A stretch of 64,000 nt of DNA, from positions 1,824,001 to 1,888,000 of the forward strand of contig CBDFJQ010000002.1 of assembly GCA_965248575.1 (NCBI GenBank), read 5' to 3'. This DNA is from Planctomycetota bacterium. GTDB lineage: Bacteria > Planctomycetota > B15-G4. The translations under genes and the position numbers were made by a program. The notes beneath the pieces were generated by a model. It ran no database searches, had not been told where the DNA came from, and was given only the letters and a program-made list of their open reading frames with translations. Position 1 is the stretch's first letter, and each line of letters starts with the position of its first letter. Below are positions 59,172 to 64,000 of this stretch, one piece after another.

Positions 59172-59870
59172 CTAGCGAACCACGACGGCCGTCACCATCT
59201 GCGGACCGGCTGCCCCCCCAGACTCGCCGCGCCACCAACGGCCGGCCAATGTCGCCCGACCGACCGCCTCGACCACCTTCTCCGGCAGTCGCGCTTCAAA
59301 CATCCGAGCCTCCGGGAGCAGCACCAGCTCCACCTCCTGGAAGTCGAGCATGCAGCGGCTCAAGGCGAACTGGGCCTTGTAGACGGACTCCTTGGCACTG
59401 AACACGAGCTTCGCCATGCGGCCTCGCACTTCGGCCGGCTGCGCGTCGAGGGCCTGCCGTTCCGAATCGGTCAGGATGCTCGACCAGAGCTCCTGTTCCA
59501 GGGGCACATCCGCTTCCACGTCGACGCCCAGGGCCAGGACGTCGGCAGTCGGCCTTGCCACGGCGGCCAGCACGACCTGATCGGTGTGCGAAAGAGACCC
59601 CATGACCTGGGCGGGCCAGAGTGGGACGCGGTCCTCGCCACGCAGCAGCGGGGCAGCTGCTTCACCCAGCGCCTCAAGCAGGGCACGAGCCAGAACGCGA
59701 CCGGACGCAAACTGGACGCGACGACGCTCCACCGCCCGCGCCACCAACAAGGCCTCCTCCGGGAACAGCAGCTCTTGGACGTCTGCGACGAAGCGCGCGC
59801 CCATGAGCACATCCGGGCCGAGGAACTCCGCGGGCAAGCCGGGCAGTGCGCTGCTGAGTCCGCTGTTCAA
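59172..59870 (-). CDS. 4'-phosphopantetheinyl transferase (EntD/Sfp-type)
   Basis: RRVQFASGR, PLWP..VMGSLSHT, LGVDVE, FSAKESVYKA. Confidence 0.92.
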   Translation of the reverse strand: MNSGLSSALPGLPAEFLGPDVLMGARFVADVQELLFPEEALLVARAVERRRVQFASGRVLARALLEALGEAAAPLLRGEDRVPLWPAQVMGSLSHTDQVVLAAVARPTADVLALGVDVEADVPLEQELWSSILTDSERQALDAQPAEVRGRMAKLVFSAKESVYKAQFALSRCMLDFQEVELVLLPEARMFEARLPEKVVEAVGRATLAGRWWRGESGGAAGPQMVTAVVVR

Positions 59871-59891
59871 GGTCGGACCTCTGATCCCTGG

Positions 59892-60653
59892 CTACATCTG
59901 GCTGGCGAGACCACCCGCCGCTTCGCCGCCGTCGATCACCAATGGGTGCCCACAGATGAACCCCGCATCATCCGAAGCCAGGAACGCGAAGAAGGCCGCG
60001 ATCTCCGAAGGCTTGGCGTGACGCTTCATGGGGATCTTCGCGTTGAGCGTGTCGACCATTTCCTGGGTGTACTCGGCTTCCTGCATCGGCGTCATGACCG
60101 CTCCAGGGCAGACACATGCCACGCGCACGGTCGGCGCGAGCTCGAGGGCCATGGTGCGCGTCAACTCGATGACGCCGGCCTTCGAGGCATTGTAGTCAGC
60201 ATAGTGCGGGCAGCCGATGACACCGTTCATGGAACCCATGTTCAGGATCACGCCCTTGCCCGCCGCGAGCATCCGCTTCGCCGCCTGCTGGGCCACGATG
60301 AAGAGCCCCGTGAGGTTGGTGTCCATGACGCGACACCAGTCCTCCAAGCTGATCTCCATGAAGGAGTGCCTGATGCTGAGGCCCGCGTTGTTCACCAAGA
60401 TGTCGACCCCACCCAAGACCTTGTCCACTTGGAGATAGGCCTCTTCCACCTGGGCCGCATCGCTGACGTCGACCTTGAGGACGTCCACCAGGCCGGGGTA
60501 CTCAGCCTGGATCCTCTCACAGCCCGAGGCGTTGCGATCGAGGACGACCACCCGGCAACCCTCTTCGAGGAAGCGCGCTGCGGTTGCTTCCCCGATTCCG
60601 CTGGCTCCGCCCGTGACCAGCACTGCCTTGCCGTCGAGTCCTTTCATGGCCAT
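59892..60653 (-). CDS. Classical SDR oxidoreductase (FabG-like)
   Basis: VTGGASGIG, LVNNAG, YNASKAG, CPG, IDGG; start moved to MAMKGLDGK after a GGAAGAG SD. Confidence 0.92.
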   Translation of the reverse strand: MAMKGLDGKAVLVTGGASGIGEATAARFLEEGCRVVVLDRNASGCERIQAEYPGLVDVLKVDVSDAAQVEEAYLQVDKVLGGVDILVNNAGLSIRHSFMEISLEDWCRVMDTNLTGLFIVAQQAAKRMLAAGKGVILNMGSMNGVIGCPHYADYNASKAGVIELTRTMALELAPTVRVACVCPGAVMTPMQEAEYTQEMVDTLNAKIPMKRHAKPSEIAAFFAFLASDDAGFICGHPLVIDGGEAAGGLASQM

Positions 60654-60798
60654 CTCTTCCTGCCTGCCGATCGCATGGTTCCGTCCAAAGGCTCCCGAGC
60701 CCAACTGATCGATGATGCCTGATGATGGCTTGGGGAGTCCCGCCTGAGACCGACATGCTGCGCTGCCGGTCCCGCTCGATCCGGCGCCGTTCGACGGC

Positions 60799-61728
60799 TC
60801 AGGGATTCCAGCGGAGCAGGAGACTACCGGACGTGAGCCCTGCACCGAAGCCCACGAGCAAGACGAGGTCGCCCCGCGACAGCCGTTTGGAGTCGGCCGC
60901 ATCGGCCAAGGCCAGCGGAATGGAGGCTGCAGAGGTGTTGCCCGTACGTTGCAGGACCGTCACCACCCGCTTCTGCTCGATGCCGAGTCGGGCGGCGACC
61001 GCATCAATGATGCGCAGGTTCGCCTGATGGGGAACCAGGAGCGCGAGGTCTTTCGTGGAATGTCCGGTTTTAGCGAGTGTTTCGTTCGCGACGTCCACCA
61101 TCACGCGCACGGCGGCACGAAACGTCTCCCGGCCATCCATGCGCATAAAACCGCCGTATTCAGCGTGGACGAGATCCCCAAGCGCACCGTCGCTGTGCAG
61201 GCTCCAACCCACGATGTCCCCGCTGGCTGGAGCCGCCTCCAGGAGCACCGCGCCAGCCCCATCACCAAAAAGAATCGCCGTGTTCCGATCTTCCCAGCTC
61301 GTGATCCGCCGCATCGTCTCGGCGCCGACCACCAGGACACGACGGCAGCCCGTCGCAAGAAAGCCCGCGGCCGTCGCCATCCCATAGACGAAGCCCGTGC
61401 ACGCGGCATTCAGGTCAAAGGCACCACAGCTCAGCCCCAGGGCATCCTGGACCTGGGTCGCCGTGGCGGGGCATGTGCGATCCGGCGACATGGTGGCAAG
61501 AATCAGCATGTCGACGTCTTCGGGTGCGCAGTTCGCGCGCTGCAAAGCCTGACGACATGCCTCCGTAGCAAGCCCGGCAGTCGTGCCCCCCACACGACGC
61601 TCATGGATTCCCGAGCGTTCGACGATCCATTCACTGGTAACGCCGAGACTCGCGGCGAGGTCGTCATTGCCGACGATCTCGGGCGGAAGCGCCGCGCCCC
61701 AACCCGTGAGGCGTGCGCCCGTCCCCAC
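60799..61728 (-). CDS. fabH: Beta-ketoacyl-ACP synthase III
   Basis: AACTGF (Cys), LFGDGAGA, VPHQAN (His), GNTSAASIP (Asn), GFGAGLT. Confidence 0.92.
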   Translation of the reverse strand: MGTGARLTGWGAALPPEIVGNDDLAASLGVTSEWIVERSGIHERRVGGTTAGLATEACRQALQRANCAPEDVDMLILATMSPDRTCPATATQVQDALGLSCGAFDLNAACTGFVYGMATAAGFLATGCRRVLVVGAETMRRITSWEDRNTAILFGDGAGAVLLEAAPASGDIVGWSLHSDGALGDLVHAEYGGFMRMDGRETFRAAVRVMVDVANETLAKTGHSTKDLALLVPHQANLRIIDAVAARLGIEQKRVVTVLQRTGNTSAASIPLALADAADSKRLSRGDLVLLVGFGAGLTSGSLLLRWNP

Positions 61729-62092
61729 GGCCGATCCCTGGTGCGATTCCCCAGATGCTCGTGCAGGCTGACTCAGAGTGGACGGCTCCAGAATGGGCGG
61801 CTCGCGAGGGCGATCGCCAACGTGATCACGGGCTGGGATTCACGAGAGTCGACAGGCCTCATGATCGGGCACCTCTTGAGCAGAACCAAAGCGCCTCAGG
61901 GAGGCAAAGTAACGCCAGCACACTGGAATCCGGCGATCCTTGGACTGCCCGTGCAGCCCGTGTGGAGCGCCCGGAGATCGTCCGAAGGCCCTGCAGGAGT
62001 GCTTCTGGGCGACATGCTCGGGGGGAAGCGGATGTGATCACGGATGAGAGCGGGCTAGGAAGGGCCTCAGATCCTACAGCAGCTGTCGATGG

Positions 62093-63595
62093 ATGGAGTT
62101 TCGCGCATCTCTGACGACCGACTCACGACATCCGCGCAACCTCTTCGCTCACACGACGTACCATCAGGAACCAATGCGCCTCTCTCATGCCGGTTCTCTT
62201 TCGATGCTCGGAGCCGCAGAGGCCCTCGGCAAGAGTTGCCTGCGAATCACGGTGCGCTTGCGAGAGGACCTCGAGGCTGAGCGTGTCGCCCAAGCTTGGG
62301 TACGACAATTGGCCGCCCGTCCCGCACTCTGCATGCGGCTTCGCGGACCGGCCCTGGCCCCTGAAGGTGACGCGGCCGAAGCGGATGAGGATGCGCCCGC
62401 TGCAATCTCAACACGGACCGTCGCGAACGTCCCGGAACCGTTCAGCCAGCTGCCGTTCAGCCGCCAGTATCGCTGGGAGCGGATCCCCGATCACGAACTC
62501 AGGACCTTGATCGACGCCGAGCGGATCGCGTCGGCCCGGCCTGAGCCCGCGGAAGACTTGGAGCGCTGCGCGCGCGACCCGCACGCGCTTCCATTCCGGT
62601 TGCGCATCGTGCTCGAGAAGGGGTCGGGCACGCGACTCCTGGTCGCACTCGTGGACCCTGTGTTCACGAACGAGATCGGCGGTGCGGCCTGGATCGAGGA
62701 CTGGCTTGGCTTCTATGGAAGCCCAGACGGCTCGGACCCCAAGCTCGCCCCGGCCCTGCAGACCATTCGCTTGGCGCCGAAGCGGAAGCGCCTGCTCGAA
62801 CACCTCATGCGCCCCGTGTACACCCTCGGCTGGTCCCTGCGCCATCTTCGCAGCCAACTGCTGCCGCTCGGCAAGGCCGTCGACCTGAACCTGCCCAACG
62901 CCAACAGCGACGGGCCCACACCCGCTCCGGCCTCGACCGAACGCTTTCTCACGTGGCGCCATGTGTTCACGGCCGAGGAGACCCGCACCCTGCTCCGCGG
63001 CCCGCAAGCCCGGCGCCGCACGCTCACGGTTCAGCTGCTGGTCGCCTGTGGTCGCATGCTCCTGGATGCCGACCCCCGCCGTCGTCAGGCGCGCATCGCC
63101 CTGGGCACCGACTTCGCACCCTGGATGCGCGAGATCCGACGCAGCCAACCGGGAAACAGCACCTGCTGTGTGGACATCTCCCTGCAGCGGGGTGCTCCCA
63201 TGGTGGCGCAGGCCCGCAGCGCCTGTCGGCGCCTCAACCGCGGCATCACCACCCGCATGCGCACGCGCCTCCTGTCGATGCTGAAGCACGAAGGACGCTT
63301 CCTGCGCAAGGTGACACAAAGTGCTCGCAAGCAGAGGTTGCAACACGCGCCGATCACACACGCCAGCTTGCGCCTCTCCAACCTGGGTCGCCACGCGGAG
63401 CTGCGCAGGCTCGAGCGGGATGCTGAGTGGATGTCCGTCGCCACTCCCGCCCCGTCGCTGTCGCTGACAGCGGTGCTCGTGTCCTCCACCCTCAGCCTGG
63501 AACTCTGCTTTTCGGACCAACGCCACGATGTCCAGCGCGTGCTGGATTGGGCGGCCAAGCTTCCGGAGCTGCTCAAACAGGGGCCGGGCGACTAG
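62093..63595 (+). CDS. Hypothetical protein, probable CAT/condensation-fold acyltransferase with a degenerate active site (start may be ATG 62174)
   Basis: AWVRQLAARPALCMRL; LRIVL...LLVALVDPVFTNEIGG in place of HxxxDG; TLTVQLLVA; PGN; LSNLGR; LSLTAV...LSLEL. Confidence 0.5.
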   Translation: MEFRASLTTDSRHPRNLFAHTTYHQEPMRLSHAGSLSMLGAAEALGKSCLRITVRLREDLEAERVAQAWVRQLAARPALCMRLRGPALAPEGDAAEADEDAPAAISTRTVANVPEPFSQLPFSRQYRWERIPDHELRTLIDAERIASARPEPAEDLERCARDPHALPFRLRIVLEKGSGTRLLVALVDPVFTNEIGGAAWIEDWLGFYGSPDGSDPKLAPALQTIRLAPKRKRLLEHLMRPVYTLGWSLRHLRSQLLPLGKAVDLNLPNANSDGPTPAPASTERFLTWRHVFTAEETRTLLRGPQARRRTLTVQLLVACGRMLLDADPRRRQARIALGTDFAPWMREIRRSQPGNSTCCVDISLQRGAPMVAQARSACRRLNRGITTRMRTRLLSMLKHEGRFLRKVTQSARKQRLQHAPITHASLRLSNLGRHAELRRLERDAEWMSVATPAPSLSLTAVLVSSTLSLELCFSDQRHDVQRVLDWAAKLPELLKQGPGD

Positions 63596-63617
63596 ACGCC
63601 GCTGGGGAGCTGCGTGC

Positions 63618-64000
63618 TCAAGGGGGGCTGCGCCCCCCACCCTCGCGCAGCGTCTGCCAAGCGCCTGCTGGGAGGGGACCGAAGACCTCTCGTTCACCGC
63701 TCAACCAGCGCACGGTCACCAGGCCCTCCGCTGCGTCCGTCGATGCGTTCGTCGAACTGGCCGAGATCTGGGAACCGAGACCGAAGTGCACCCGGGCGTC
63801 ACGGCTGGACAGGTAGCTCCCTCCAGCAGAGACCTCGGCCCGCCGGGATGCCCCGCCGGCGTTCCACTGCACGCTGGCTCCCAGGGCCGGCGCGCCACGC
63901 GCATCCAACACAGAGAATCCGACCCAGGCTTGTGCGGCGCCGACCTGGTTCATCAGCAGCTGGGCCGGGCCATCCCGATCCACCACGAGCACATCCATGG
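63618..64000 (-). CDS. C-terminus of a CRTAC1-like protein (ASPIC/UnbV domain); 5'-partial
   Basis: DVLVVDRDGPAQLLMN, ALGASV, GGSYLSSRDARVHFGLG, VRWLSG. Confidence 0.85.
   Translation of the reverse strand, partial: MDVLVVDRDGPAQLLMNQVGAAQAWVGFSVLDARGAPALGASVQWNAGGASRRAEVSAGGSYLSSRDARVHFGLGSQISASSTNASTDAAEGLVTVRWLSGEREVFGPLPAGAWQTLREGGGRSPP

Noticed and set aside
51229..59238. Long minus-strand ORFs inside the NRPS (51229-52902, 55168-56946, 58024-59238)
   Set aside because: GC-rich antisense shadows of a well-supported gene.

Overview
High-GC bacterial window of about 38 protein-coding genes. It is probably from an uncultured Planctomycetota lineage; this is inferred from the style of the secreted proteins, not from a marker gene. 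No rRNA, tRNA, CRISPR array or mobile element was recognised. The left part holds a >1500-aa Gly-rich lipoprotein that runs off the window and is absent from the ORF track, a Ski2/HelY-like helicase, a sulfotransferase-like/aminotransferase IV/degenerate GH20 operon, and several secreted hydrolases. The middle holds a phosphoketolase-Pta-citrate synthase run with a structured leader, amino-sugar/glycosylation genes, a conditioned-medium-factor-like protein, two secreted proteins sharing a ~120-aa C-terminal domain, and an FTCD carrying an inserted C2H2 zinc-finger motif. It also has a GT-C/sulfatase-like/FkbM/B12-radical-SAM cluster, where the sulfatase-like protein ends in a (Cx4)5C tail. The right part (47.9-63.6 kb) is a biosynthetic gene cluster resembling actinobacterial isonitrile-lipopeptide clusters (ScoC-like ligase, FcoT/ScoD thioesterase, C-A-T-C-A-T-R NRPS), plus TEII, PPTase, SDR, FabH and a degenerate condensation-like protein. 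No ScoE dioxygenase or ACP is visible in the window, and the A-domain codes are not Lys/Orn-like. All family calls come from motif recognition by eye; no searches were run.
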